From positions 544,001-608,000 of the forward strand of contig JAXGZN010000002.1 in NCBI GenBank assembly GCA_040776945.1: 64,000 nt of DNA, given 5' to 3'. Shown here piece after piece: positions 50,052-59,348 of this stretch. The DNA is from Methanomassiliicoccaceae archaeon (GTDB lineage: Archaea; Thermoplasmatota; Thermoplasmata; Methanomassiliicoccales; Methanomassiliicoccaceae). Position 1 is the stretch's first letter; each line of letters opens with the position of its first letter. Below the pieces are notes generated by a model. That model was not told the DNA's origin. It was given only the letters and a program-made list of their open reading frames with translations, and made no database searches. The position numbers and the translations under genes were made by a program.

Positions 50052-50405
50052 ATGGACGAGGTCGAGGCCATAGGGAAGAGGAGACTCGAGCTCCTCAGGG
50101 ACAGACACCGGGACATGACCTTTGACGACGACTACATGGACACCGAGGTCGGGACCCGGGGGCTCGTTCGGGCCATCGACGCGAGAGGCGAGGTGGCGGG
50201 GTTGGAGTTCATAGAACCTGAAGGGGTTTGGGCCGACCCTGATGCGGTGGAGGAATACGCAGAGACCATGGAGGACGGGATCGGGGTCACGGTGATCGTC
50301 CCCGACAAGGAGAGGCTGGAGGCCGAGGCCTTGCTCCGCGAGGAAGCTGGCAAGGAGATCAGAGTGCTCTCTTACAAGGAGAGCACCGATGCCGGGTGGC
50401 ACTGA
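50052..50405 (+). CDS. Hypothetical very acidic protein
   Basis: Clean ORF with typical codon usage; Asp/Glu-rich alpha/beta pattern. Confidence 0.65.
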   Translation: MDEVEAIGKRRLELLRDRHRDMTFDDDYMDTEVGTRGLVRAIDARGEVAGLEFIEPEGVWADPDAVEEYAETMEDGIGVTVIVPDKERLEAEALLREEAGKEIRVLSYKESTDAGWH

Positions 50406-50502
50406 GGCTTCCCTGCCGGGGAACAACGTCGGGAAGGCACCAACGGCATAATCGTCCTATCCAGGGGCATCTTTTTATCCCCCATTGGTGCTCTTTCGCG
50501 GC

Positions 50503-51933
50503 ATGAGCGGCGATTGGACCGAGATCTACCGGCCCCATGGGCTAGCCGAGGTCGTAGGCAACCCCAAGGCGGTAGAGGACCTGAAGGCCTGGGCCGACGC
50601 ATGGGTGAGCGGGAGGCCGGTCAAGCGGGCAGCGGTCCTGATAGGCACCCCGGGCACTGGCAAGACGAGCGCAGCGCTCGCTCTGGCCGCCGACTACGGT
50701 TGGGACGTGATAGAGATGAACGCCTCGGACCAGCGGAACGCGGACGCCATAAGGAGCATAGCCATGCGGGGAGCTCTCGGGCAGACCTTCACCCCTGACG
50801 GCGATTATCACTCCACCAAGGAGGGGAAGCTGAAGCTCATAATCCTCGACGAAGCGGACAACATCAGCGGGAGGGAGGACCGCGGGGGCGTCCCCGCGAT
50901 CGTGGAAGTGGTGCGCACGACCAAGCAGCCCATCATCCTCATCGTCAATGATTGGTACGCGCTGTCAAAGAAGAGCTCTGTGTTGAAATCACAGACCGAA
51001 CAGATCAAGTTCTCTCGCATAAAGACCGTAACTGTAAGAGGGGTGCTCAGGAAGATCGCCAGGGACCAAGGGGTAGCGGTATCCGACAGGGCGCTGGAGC
51101 TCTTGGCTGAGAACTCGGGAGGGGACCTGCGCTCGGCCGTCCGTGACCTGCAGGCGGTCGCCACCGGCAGGAAGGAGGTCACCGACCTGGACACCGCTGT
51201 GGTCTCGGCGCGCGAGGTGGAGAAGACCATGTATCAGGCCATGGATGCGGTCTTCAAGGCCCGTGATCCCAGGGAGGCCAGGGCCAGGATGGCGGAGGTC
51301 GAGGAAACGCCGGAGACCAAGCTGCTTTGGATCGAGGAGAACCTGCCGATCGCGTACCGCGATCATCTTGACCTCTACCGCGGCATGCGTGAGGTAGCGA
51401 AGGCCAGCTCCTACCTCGGGCGGGTCTACCGCCGGCAGCATTATGGGTTCTGGAGCTATGCCGGGGACCTCCTGTCGTTCGGCGTCTGCGCGGCGAAGAG
51501 GCGAGAGGTCCACGGCTACATCCGCTACCAGTTCCCAAGCTATCTGATGAAGATGTCCCGCAGCAAGAGCGTGCGGATGCTGCAAGCGCAGGTATGCTCC
51601 AAGATCGGGGAGATGGTCCACATGTCCTCGGCCGAGGTCCGCCAAGAGGTGCTGCCATACTTCCGGCTCCTCTTCAAGACGAACAAGACGTTCCAGCTGA
51701 GCATGGCCGCGGAACTGGAGCTTGAGGACGAGGAGGCGGCGTTCATCCTGGAGGAGAAGATCGACTCCAGTGCGGTCAAGAACTTGATGAACGCTCTGAA
51801 GAAGGGCCTTGACGCCAATGTCAAGCGGGCTGTTAGACCGAACGACCGGGGGAAGCCGCCGGAAGCGCTGGAGGGACCGTCAGCGACGGCATCCAAGCCT
51901 CAGCCGGCACCCTCACAGCGCACTCTGTTCTGA
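50503..51933 (+). CDS. rfcL: Replication factor C large subunit
   Basis: WTEIYRP, GTPGTGKT, EMNASDQR, LDEAD, GDLRSAVRDLQ, WIEEN and C-terminal PIP box QRTLF. Confidence 0.96.
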   Translation: MSGDWTEIYRPHGLAEVVGNPKAVEDLKAWADAWVSGRPVKRAAVLIGTPGTGKTSAALALAADYGWDVIEMNASDQRNADAIRSIAMRGALGQTFTPDGDYHSTKEGKLKLIILDEADNISGREDRGGVPAIVEVVRTTKQPIILIVNDWYALSKKSSVLKSQTEQIKFSRIKTVTVRGVLRKIARDQGVAVSDRALELLAENSGGDLRSAVRDLQAVATGRKEVTDLDTAVVSAREVEKTMYQAMDAVFKARDPREARARMAEVEETPETKLLWIEENLPIAYRDHLDLYRGMREVAKASSYLGRVYRRQHYGFWSYAGDLLSFGVCAAKRREVHGYIRYQFPSYLMKMSRSKSVRMLQAQVCSKIGEMVHMSSAEVRQEVLPYFRLLFKTNKTFQLSMAAELELEDEEAAFILEEKIDSSAVKNLMNALKKGLDANVKRAVRPNDRGKPPEALEGPSATASKPQPAPSQRTLF

Positions 51934-51939
51934 GGCCCC

Positions 51940-52875
51940 ATGACCACTGATCTTAGCAGGACGAGAGAAAAGCAACAGTACAAGATGCACGGTGGGCACG
52001 CGGCGGTCAAGCTATGCCACTGGATGCAGCAATCGCTCCTCAAGGACAGGCCGTGCTACAAGCAGGAGTTCTACGGGATCCGATCCCACCGGTGCCTCCA
52101 GATGACCCCCGTGGTAGACCAGTGCACGCACAATTGCCTGTTCTGTTGGCGCGTTCAGGGCTTCGACCGCAAGGAGGAGAAATGGAGGGAGCCGGAGGAA
52201 GTTCTCGAAGCATGCATCGCCGAGCAGCGCAAGCTCGTTTCCGGCTTCAAGGGCGATCCCCGATGCAAGCAGGAGATGTGGAACGAGTCCCGCGAGCCCA
52301 AGCAGGTAGCGATATCCCTCTCCGGCGAACCGACGATGTACCCTTACCTCGGGGACCTCATAGCATTATGCCACCGAAGGGGCATGACCACCTTCCTGGT
52401 GACCAACGGCACGCTGCCGGAGGCTCTGGAAAAGCTCGATCCTCTTCCGACTCAGCTGTATGTCACGCTCGCCGCCCCGAATCCTGAGGTTTATAAAAGA
52501 TTGTGCGTCCCCCGCATACCCGATGGATGGGAGCGCCTTATGCGAACTCTCGAGCTCATGCCGTCCCTCAGCACCAGGACGGTGATCAGGCACACCCTGG
52601 TCAAGGAATGGAACATCGGATGGGAGGACGAATATGCACGCCTGGACGCCCTGGCCGACCCCACCTTCATCGAGCCCAAGGGCTACGTTTTCGTTGGCGA
52701 TTCTCGCCGCCGGATGAGAATGGCCAATATGCCATCCCATGCTGAGATCAGGGAGTTCTCCGCCAAGCTGGGTGAGCGGGTGGGAATGAACATCCTGAAG
52801 GAGAGGAAGGACAGCAGGGTCCTGGTGCTAGGCGAGAACGAGTCTAGACTAAAGATCCCCGGGATCGAGGATTGA
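51940..52875 (+). CDS. taw1: 4-demethylwyosine synthase (radical SAM TYW1/Taw1)
   Basis: HAAVKLCHW, CYKQEFYGIRSHRCLQMTP, CTHNCLFCWR, AISLSGEPT and EPKGYVFVG. Confidence 0.97.
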   Translation: MTTDLSRTREKQQYKMHGGHAAVKLCHWMQQSLLKDRPCYKQEFYGIRSHRCLQMTPVVDQCTHNCLFCWRVQGFDRKEEKWREPEEVLEACIAEQRKLVSGFKGDPRCKQEMWNESREPKQVAISLSGEPTMYPYLGDLIALCHRRGMTTFLVTNGTLPEALEKLDPLPTQLYVTLAAPNPEVYKRLCVPRIPDGWERLMRTLELMPSLSTRTVIRHTLVKEWNIGWEDEYARLDALADPTFIEPKGYVFVGDSRRRMRMANMPSHAEIREFSAKLGERVGMNILKERKDSRVLVLGENESRLKIPGIED

Positions 52876-52910
52876 ACCAGGGAACGCGCCTATCTGCGGC
52901 GGGGCAGCGG

Positions 52911-53396
52911 TCATAACCGCTTGCTCAGATGCATGGTCTCCATGGCATAGCCTTGAGAACGGTAAAGGCCGAGGGCGCAGACATTCCCACCACCGACATT
53001 GAGCCACATGGCCGCGGCTCCATTCTCCCGGGCCCATCGCTCGGCTCGGTCCAAGAGCTCGCGGGCAAGACCCTGCCGCCGATACCGAGGATCCACGAAT
53101 ACCTCCAGCAGCCACGCCTCCCCCGGGCCCTGGTGCAGCCTTTCCATGGTGGCCCACACGAGCCCGATCCTTTCGCCGTCGCGCAAGGCCACGATGAGCT
53201 TGTCTGCCCCTCCGCTCCGATAGTGATATCTTTCGAGATCGGAGCGGGCCTCCTCGATCATTTCCCGGTCATCGGCGGCGGCCAAGCGTTCGGAAGCCTT
53301 GGTCTCGCGCATGCCAGCGACCATTGCCTGCAGCGTCCAGTCCAGGTCGTTCTCTTCGAAGTCCCGGTAGTGGACGGCGTCCATCGTGACGGTCAT
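52911..53396 (-). CDS. GNAT-family acetyltransferase
   Basis: VFVDPRYRRQGLA, LNV..GN..ALGLYRSQGY; ATGA-coupled to aCPSF1. Confidence 0.92.
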   Translation of the reverse strand: MTVTMDAVHYRDFEENDLDWTLQAMVAGMRETKASERLAAADDREMIEEARSDLERYHYRSGGADKLIVALRDGERIGLVWATMERLHQGPGEAWLLEVFVDPRYRRQGLARELLDRAERWARENGAAAMWLNVGGGNVCALGLYRSQGYAMETMHLSKRL

Positions 53397-55303
53397 TTCA
53401 TCCTTATGGTCTCAAGGTTCATCGGCGCCCTGGTCTCGATGTTGAACTTCTTGTATATCGACGAGGCTAGATCGGCGCACTTGTGCTCGTCCCCGTGGCC
53501 GATGATGATCCTTTCAGGCTTGGGGTCCAGGGAGGCGATGTAGGCCATAAGCTGCCTGCGGTCGCTATGTCCCGAGAAGCCCTCCGCGTTCTCCACGTTG
53601 AGCTTGATCTTGACGTTGATGGGCTTCCCCCGCTCACTGAGCTGCAGCTCGTTCCATCCTTTCTGGATCCTGTTCCCCATGGTCCCCTCGGCCTGATAGC
53701 CGACGAACACCAGCGAGTTCTTAGGATCGTCCGCCCAGGCCTTGAAGTACTCGAGGACCGGACCGCCGTTCATCATGCCGCTCGTCGCGAGCACGATGCA
53801 AGGTTCGATATCATGGCAGATGCGCTCCCTCATCTCCGAGGTCTCCACCCGCTTGAATATCTGCGACAGGAAGGGGTTCTGCCCCATCTGGAAGATCTGA
53901 GTTCGCAGCTGCGAATTAAGGTACTCAGGGTAAGCCGTATGGATAGCTGTCGCTTCCCATATCATCCCATCAAGGTACACCGGCACGTTCGGCAGCTTTC
54001 CTGTCCGCATAAGTTCTTCGAGAACGAGCATGACCTCCTGCGAACGGCCGACCGCGAAGACGGGTATGAGCACCTTTCCGTTCTTGGCCAATGTCCTTTC
54101 CACCACTGCTTTCAGCGTGTTGCCGGCCTCAGCCCTGGACGGCTGCATGTCCCGATATCCGCCGTAGGTGGCCTCGATGACCAGGGTCTCCAGCCTGGGG
54201 AACTTGTTGGCCGTCGGGTTGAACAGCCAGGTCCTTTCGAACTTCATGTCCCCAGTGAACGCGACGTTGTACAGGCCGTCGCCAACATGGAAGTGGCACA
54301 CCGCAGAGCCGAGGATATGGCCGGCGTTCTGGAATGTGAGCCGGATGTCGGGAGCGATGTCCGTGGTCTCCCCGTACTTAAGGGGAATGCAGTGGGCGAC
54401 CATCTCCCTCACATGGGATGATTCATAAGGTGCCCGCCTTGCCTCGCCGAAGGACACCTTGATGTAGTCCAGCTGCATGAGGGACATGAGGTCCCTGGTC
54501 GGCGGAGTGCAATAGACAGGCCCATCGTAACCGTACTTGTATAGGGCGGGAAGCAGGGCGCAATGGTCCAGGTGAGCGTGGGTGATCACAACCGCGTCGA
54601 GGTTCTCCAGGGGCTGTATCTCCGGAGCGTTGAAGTAGGGAGTGGCGCCCTCCTTGTCCGAAGGGTCCACGCCGCAATCGATCAGCACCTTGCTCTCCCT
54701 TGTGCTCAATAGAGTGGCGCTCCTTCCCACCTCTCGATATCCCCCCAAGGCGGTCATCCGAACCCAGGACTCGCCGTCGATCCTCGGTCTGGCGAGCTTA
54801 CGGCCGACCTTCTTCAAAAAGATCTTTCTCTCATCGGAGATCTGCCGGAGGTAGTTGCGGATATCTGAAACGGTCTTGGAAGAGAGGGGAGGCGCTCGCA
54901 CAACCTTGGGTGCCCAGCCTACCTCTTTCTTGATCTCGTTGAGGATGCTTCCATGCTTTCCGATGACCAGTCCGGGCGCCAGAGCCTCGATCGTTACCTC
55001 CCCGGTGTCGTCCTCGAAATAGATGTCAGTGATCTGGGCCTCCGGCGGGATGATCTCCCTTATCCTCTTTTCAACTACGGCGGGGTCCGCGAGAGTGGAC
55101 GGGTCGGGCCTGATGGCAACCCTCCGCCGCAGCCCCTGGGCCAACTGCCTCACGATGTCGTTGTTGGAGGCGAACTTCTCCATGTCCTTTGTATAGATCA
55201 CGACGACCGGCCCCTCGAACTCGATGGCCGTAATATTAACGTCGGAAGGAGCGATCTTCCTAATCTGTTCCCTCGCATCCTCTAGAACTCTCTCTGCGCT
55301 CAT
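53393..55303 (-). CDS. fttA: Archaeal beta-CASP ribonuclease aCPSF1 / transcription termination factor FttA
   Basis: N-terminal KH domains, LGGYREVGRS, THAHLDH, NAGHILGS, FAVGRSQE and FSGHSD; directly downstream of psmB. Confidence 0.97.
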   Translation of the reverse strand: MSAERVLEDAREQIRKIAPSDVNITAIEFEGPVVVIYTKDMEKFASNNDIVRQLAQGLRRRVAIRPDPSTLADPAVVEKRIREIIPPEAQITDIYFEDDTGEVTIEALAPGLVIGKHGSILNEIKKEVGWAPKVVRAPPLSSKTVSDIRNYLRQISDERKIFLKKVGRKLARPRIDGESWVRMTALGGYREVGRSATLLSTRESKVLIDCGVDPSDKEGATPYFNAPEIQPLENLDAVVITHAHLDHCALLPALYKYGYDGPVYCTPPTRDLMSLMQLDYIKVSFGEARRAPYESSHVREMVAHCIPLKYGETTDIAPDIRLTFQNAGHILGSAVCHFHVGDGLYNVAFTGDMKFERTWLFNPTANKFPRLETLVIEATYGGYRDMQPSRAEAGNTLKAVVERTLAKNGKVLIPVFAVGRSQEVMLVLEELMRTGKLPNVPVYLDGMIWEATAIHTAYPEYLNSQLRTQIFQMGQNPFLSQIFKRVETSEMRERICHDIEPCIVLATSGMMNGGPVLEYFKAWADDPKNSLVFVGYQAEGTMGNRIQKGWNELQLSERGKPINVKIKLNVENAEGFSGHSDRRQLMAYIASLDPKPERIIIGHGDEHKCADLASSIYKKFNIETRAPMNLETIRMK

Positions 55304-55357
55304 ACAATGCTCCAGCTTTACGTTTCAATACAATATAATAGGAAATTTGGAAGTGGT

Positions 55358-56020
55358 TTAAACGTGTTTGGCGTAGCCGACCATGAGCTTCATGGCCTTG
55401 GCACGCTCCAAGGCTTCCTCGGCGCTAAGCTCCCTGAAGCCTTCCTTATTGATGACCGCGACAGCGTAGCCGTCTCCGCTAGCGGAGTCCCGCCTCATGG
55501 CCGCGTTAAGTGCACGGATGGCCAGGTCGATGGCCTCGTCCTCGGTCATGTTAAGCTCATAATGGTCCTCCAATACGCCATAGGCGAAGGTGGAGCCGGA
55601 GCCGACGGAAACATATTCGTCCCTTATTGAGCCGCCTGCCGCATCCAATGAATAGACATGCCCGCCGGTGGAATCGAGTCCGCCCATTATCAGACCGACA
55701 TAGTAATAGCCATAGGCGCCCCCGCCCCCCCTCATGATGTTGGAGAGCAACGTGGACGCCGCCTTTACCGACATCGGGGTGCCCTTCTTGAGCTTGTACA
55801 GCTCCACCTCCGCCTTGATGTACCTGGCGAGGATCTGGGCGTCTCCGACCAATCCCGCAACGGTTAGCCCTAGGTTGTCATCGACCTTGAAGAGCTTGCG
55901 GACGTCCTTGTGGGCGATAATATTGCCCATGGTGGCCCGGTGTTCGGTTGCTATTATAACGCCATCCTTGAATACGATGCCGATGGTGGTAGTTCCCGTC
56001 TTCAATTGATTATCAGTCAT
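55358..56020 (-). CDS. psmB: Proteasome beta subunit
   Basis: Propeptide MTDNQLKTG followed by TTT catalytic Thr; AGLVGDAQ, GSGS and RDSASGDG. TATA TTTTATATAT at 56100-56091. Confidence 0.97.
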   Translation of the reverse strand: MTDNQLKTGTTTIGIVFKDGVIIATEHRATMGNIIAHKDVRKLFKVDDNLGLTVAGLVGDAQILARYIKAEVELYKLKKGTPMSVKAASTLLSNIMRGGGGAYGYYYVGLIMGGLDSTGGHVYSLDAAGGSIRDEYVSVGSGSTFAYGVLEDHYELNMTEDEAIDLAIRALNAAMRRDSASGDGYAVAVINKEGFRELSAEEALERAKAMKLMVGYAKHV

Positions 56021-56527
56021 TGACCATCAACCCATAAAATCGGTTAAAAGATGGATTTTAATGTTTCTGAACTCTCCAATGAAGACTGGGATATATAAAA
56101 CTTATCCAAATCAGCAATCTGGACGGTCAAAATATGGTCCGGTTCAAACGCCATAATGGGCTGGCTTCCGATGCTTCTCGCATCTCGGGAAGGACCGCGT
56201 TGCAGGCCTTGATCGGCACAGATAGATGGCAGGGAAGAAAGGGATCTGCGGTGAAGGGACAGAGGCGCCCCGACCGTCCCCAACGCAGGACCCGCTCCCC
56301 TGGATTCCGATGATGCTCTGACGGGGGATGTTCGAAGAGGTCGTTCGAACTTCGCAATTCCCTCTTAACACCCCTAGGCCAGTCAATCGCAATAGTGAAA
56401 TTCTAATCCATATGTTTATATCGTGTTAGATTGGTTCAATAAACGGGACAGGTAGCGTGTAAGACCACTCCTGTACACGCACTACATGACACGTGTGCTC
56501 CAAACCGGAAATTAGGATGGCTTCGCG

Positions 56528-57094
56528 TCAGGACTTCCCGTGCCTGCCTGTCTCACTCATTTTTCTCCCGAGCAGAAATGGAGCAGATCCACCGCTGCGT
56601 ACCCAATCCGCAAAGTGTCCGAGGAAGTAAGAGGCCCCGGCACCTCCCAGGACCCCGGTGATTACCCTAAGGGCGTTGTTCGATTCATACCATCCTGTCA
56701 ATTGTACGGTCCCGTCGATCATTATAGGCAGCACCATGACCAAGAGGGCGGTAAGGGCGAACCTTGGGGTAAGCGCTAGGACAGCGAGCATCCCGGCGGC
56801 AAGGCCTATGAAGATGCCCACATCACGGGCGCAGAAAGGCATCTGGTTGCCGTTGAGGTAGAGAGATCTCTCTGCCATCTGGTGGCAGTTCAGGTCCCCC
56901 AGAAGATATATGGCTCGAGGCATAGGGGCCATTCGGTCGGTGGTGGCCGAGTTATCGATCACGCTCGCCCGCCCGCTGAGATCGCTCACGCTTCCCGGCG
57001 GTAGGGACAGTGGAGCGGCGACGACCAGGGCAAGCCAAGCCGTGAAGGTCACAAGCAGCATGAGCTTCGCTCTGCGCACGGGGTCCTTGTTCAC
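56528..57094 (-). CDS. DUF2085 membrane protein
   Basis: CHQMAERS...NQMPFCARDVGI, DGTVQ and ESNNALRVITG; GTG start after GGAG. Confidence 0.85.
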   Translation of the reverse strand: MNKDPVRRAKLMLLVTFTAWLALVVAAPLSLPPGSVSDLSGRASVIDNSATTDRMAPMPRAIYLLGDLNCHQMAERSLYLNGNQMPFCARDVGIFIGLAAGMLAVLALTPRFALTALLVMVLPIMIDGTVQLTGWYESNNALRVITGVLGGAGASYFLGHFADWVRSGGSAPFLLGRKMSETGRHGKS

Positions 57095-57183
57095 ACAACT
57101 CCATCCCTCTTCCGCAGATAATCGTTTCTCAAGCCCCTTCAGCGTGGGAAGGGAAAAATACCATCTAATGCTCTGGTCCCGCG

Positions 57184-57606
57184 ATGACGTCCCTTCCTGA
57201 TGAAATGGTCGCATTGAAGAGGTTCCACGGGCACCTCGGCCCGTACGCCGTCCTCGGATATAGGATGGGCCTGGCAGCCCGCTCGAGGTTCCCGGAACGC
57301 ATCTACGCTAGGGTCCACAGCGGGACCAGGCGGCCATTGTCCTGCCTGGCCGACGGGGTCCAGATGTCCTCTTGTTGCACACTGGGCAAGAACAACATCA
57401 CTGTGCTCGAGGATGCCGAGGCCAGGGTCGAGTTCTCCGACGGCGCCGCACACCTGGAGATGACGGCGCTCATGGAGGTGGTGGACGACATCAACGCCAG
57501 GTGCGACCATCATAACGAGGAGGAGATGGCGATGCGCATCTACTCTATGAAGGACGAGGAGCTTTGGACGGTCAGATCAGAGAGCTCAGCCCCGTTCGGC
57601 AGATAA
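57184..57606 (+). CDS. FmdE-family protein
   Basis: FHGHLGPYAVLGYRMG and SCLADGVQMSSCCTLGK. Confidence 0.9.
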   Translation: MTSLPDEMVALKRFHGHLGPYAVLGYRMGLAARSRFPERIYARVHSGTRRPLSCLADGVQMSSCCTLGKNNITVLEDAEARVEFSDGAAHLEMTALMEVVDDINARCDHHNEEEMAMRIYSMKDEELWTVRSESSAPFGR

Positions 57607-59344
57607 GGGAGACGGAGACAAAGACCAGGAATGCCACCGGTGTACGGGTGGCATAGGAATGAAGGACCCCTCTCCAGCTCCTATCCCCCATCACTAGCAC
57701 AGTGAAGAATGAGACGAGCAGCGACAGTTCCCCAATATATATTCCGGTCATAAGCGCTATATCGTCGGCCGTAGAGCCCGCCGCCGAGGCCTGCGAGCCT
57801 ATGAGCGTGAAAAGGGCACCGGTCACCCCCAGGACTATGGGGGCGAACAGAACGCTGGTGGACCTCATCATCTCCACCACGCCTCGCAGCTTTTCCTCGA
57901 TCTTTACCTGGCAGGAGCCGACCTCCGAGAGCATGTGTGCTAGATTCAGCGCGATCTGGCCTGCGTACCGCGGGTCACGAGCAGCGCATTGCACCACTGT
58001 GATGTAGGCGTTCTCCATCATCCTCGATGCGGACCCCAGGCTCCCTTCTTCCAGGATGATCTCCTCAAGAGGCCGGCCATAGAGCCGGGCCCGGTAAAGC
58101 AGGGACCTTCCGAACGTCTGGAAGGGAGAGCCGCTCATCCCCTCGGCGGCCTCCTCCAACGCCTTTTCGAAGGTCGCCCCTGACACCATGCGGTTCCCGA
58201 TCTGGAACAGGGCGGTTATCGCTTCTTTCTCCAGCTTTCTTCTCAGCCGGCGTGACGGCACATGGCCCCTGAGCCTCCATCCCAGGAAGGCGCATGGCAC
58301 GAGGACGGCGGCGCCCGATATCAGGTACGGCCGCAGTTCTCCAAGTTCCAAGACGGCCGTGGCCACGATCATCGCGGCCCATACGATTGCCATGTCCATA
58401 GTGAGTAGGGACATGACCTCATCGTCACTGCCTCGGGCCAGGCCCAGAGGGTTCTTGATCAATATCGTCCATGCGTAGATCAATGAGGACAAGGGGATGA
58501 GGAAGAGGAGCAGAAAGGCCAAGTGAGGAAGTGGGACCGCCGGTCCAGTACCCTGCCCCATAGAGGTCCCGAGGGACAGGAGCGGCAAGATGGAGAAGAG
58601 CATGATCGGCAGCAGGGTACCTAGCGAGAACAGCATCATGGCCGGCATGGAGAGAGAGGCCGCGTAAGAGTCCACAGCGTCCTTCACCCCTCCCATCGCT
58701 ACCGAGTTGGCCTTGTCCAGGAGACGGTCCATGCCTTGCTTGGAGCGCTCGCAGGTCGCCGATATCACCAGGTGGATGGATTGCTTAAGCGAGAAATTAG
58801 CCTCCGACAACGACGATGTCAGTTCGTCCAGGGCCTCCGGCAACGAGCTCCTCCTCATCAGGTTCGACCATAACGCCTCTCTCAGGCGGACGGAGAGGAC
58901 ACCGTCCCCTCTCTCAGAGGCAAATATCACGGCCTGCTCCAGTGAAGGCCGTACCTGCATGCTCATGGTCATGCAGCCAATGATGGACGGGGCTTCACCC
59001 AGCATTCGCCGCTCCTCCGCCCGGCCTAATCCATCTGGAGCTGCTAGATAGAGGGAAGATGCGATAACAGGGACCAACAGGCCGGGGACGATGCCGTAAA
59101 CTAAGGCCATGAGGCCAAAGGCCGCGGTCAAGGCCGCGAGGGCTACGATCATGATCGCCGCGGACACGATCATCGTGTTCCACGAGCCCTTGAGCACAGC
59201 GGACCCTTCAATATCATTACGAAGCAGCCAACGCTCACCGGTCGGGCTGCGTTTGCAACGCATCGCTCTTTCGTATCCAGAGGGCACGGCCAGTTTAGGC
59301 AGGAAGGACGGCCATCTGACGAAAAGCTCGTCGACCCACTGCAA
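57572..59344 (-). CDS. TadB/TadC-like (T2SS F family) pilus platform membrane protein, two-domain
   Basis: Two repeats of a cytoplasmic domain (RPSLEQA; GATFEKA) plus TMs; directly follows the ATPase. TTG start after AGGTGA. Confidence 0.75.
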   Translation of the reverse strand: MQWVDELFVRWPSFLPKLAVPSGYERAMRCKRSPTGERWLLRNDIEGSAVLKGSWNTMIVSAAIMIVALAALTAAFGLMALVYGIVPGLLVPVIASSLYLAAPDGLGRAEERRMLGEAPSIIGCMTMSMQVRPSLEQAVIFASERGDGVLSVRLREALWSNLMRRSSLPEALDELTSSLSEANFSLKQSIHLVISATCERSKQGMDRLLDKANSVAMGGVKDAVDSYAASLSMPAMMLFSLGTLLPIMLFSILPLLSLGTSMGQGTGPAVPLPHLAFLLLFLIPLSSLIYAWTILIKNPLGLARGSDDEVMSLLTMDMAIVWAAMIVATAVLELGELRPYLISGAAVLVPCAFLGWRLRGHVPSRRLRRKLEKEAITALFQIGNRMVSGATFEKALEEAAEGMSGSPFQTFGRSLLYRARLYGRPLEEIILEEGSLGSASRMMENAYITVVQCAARDPRYAGQIALNLAHMLSEVGSCQVKIEEKLRGVVEMMRSTSVLFAPIVLGVTGALFTLIGSQASAAGSTADDIALMTGIYIGELSLLVSFFTVLVMGDRSWRGVLHSYATRTPVAFLVFVSVSLICRTGLSSLI

Positions 59345-59348
59345 TTGA

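Noticed and set aside
56120-56400. Possible RNase P or SRP RNA in large intergenic gaps (also 7250-7800 and 49460-50050)
   Set aside because: I found neither the RNase P GAGGAAAGTCC signature nor the SRP helix-8 GGAAGGGAGCA signature on either strand.
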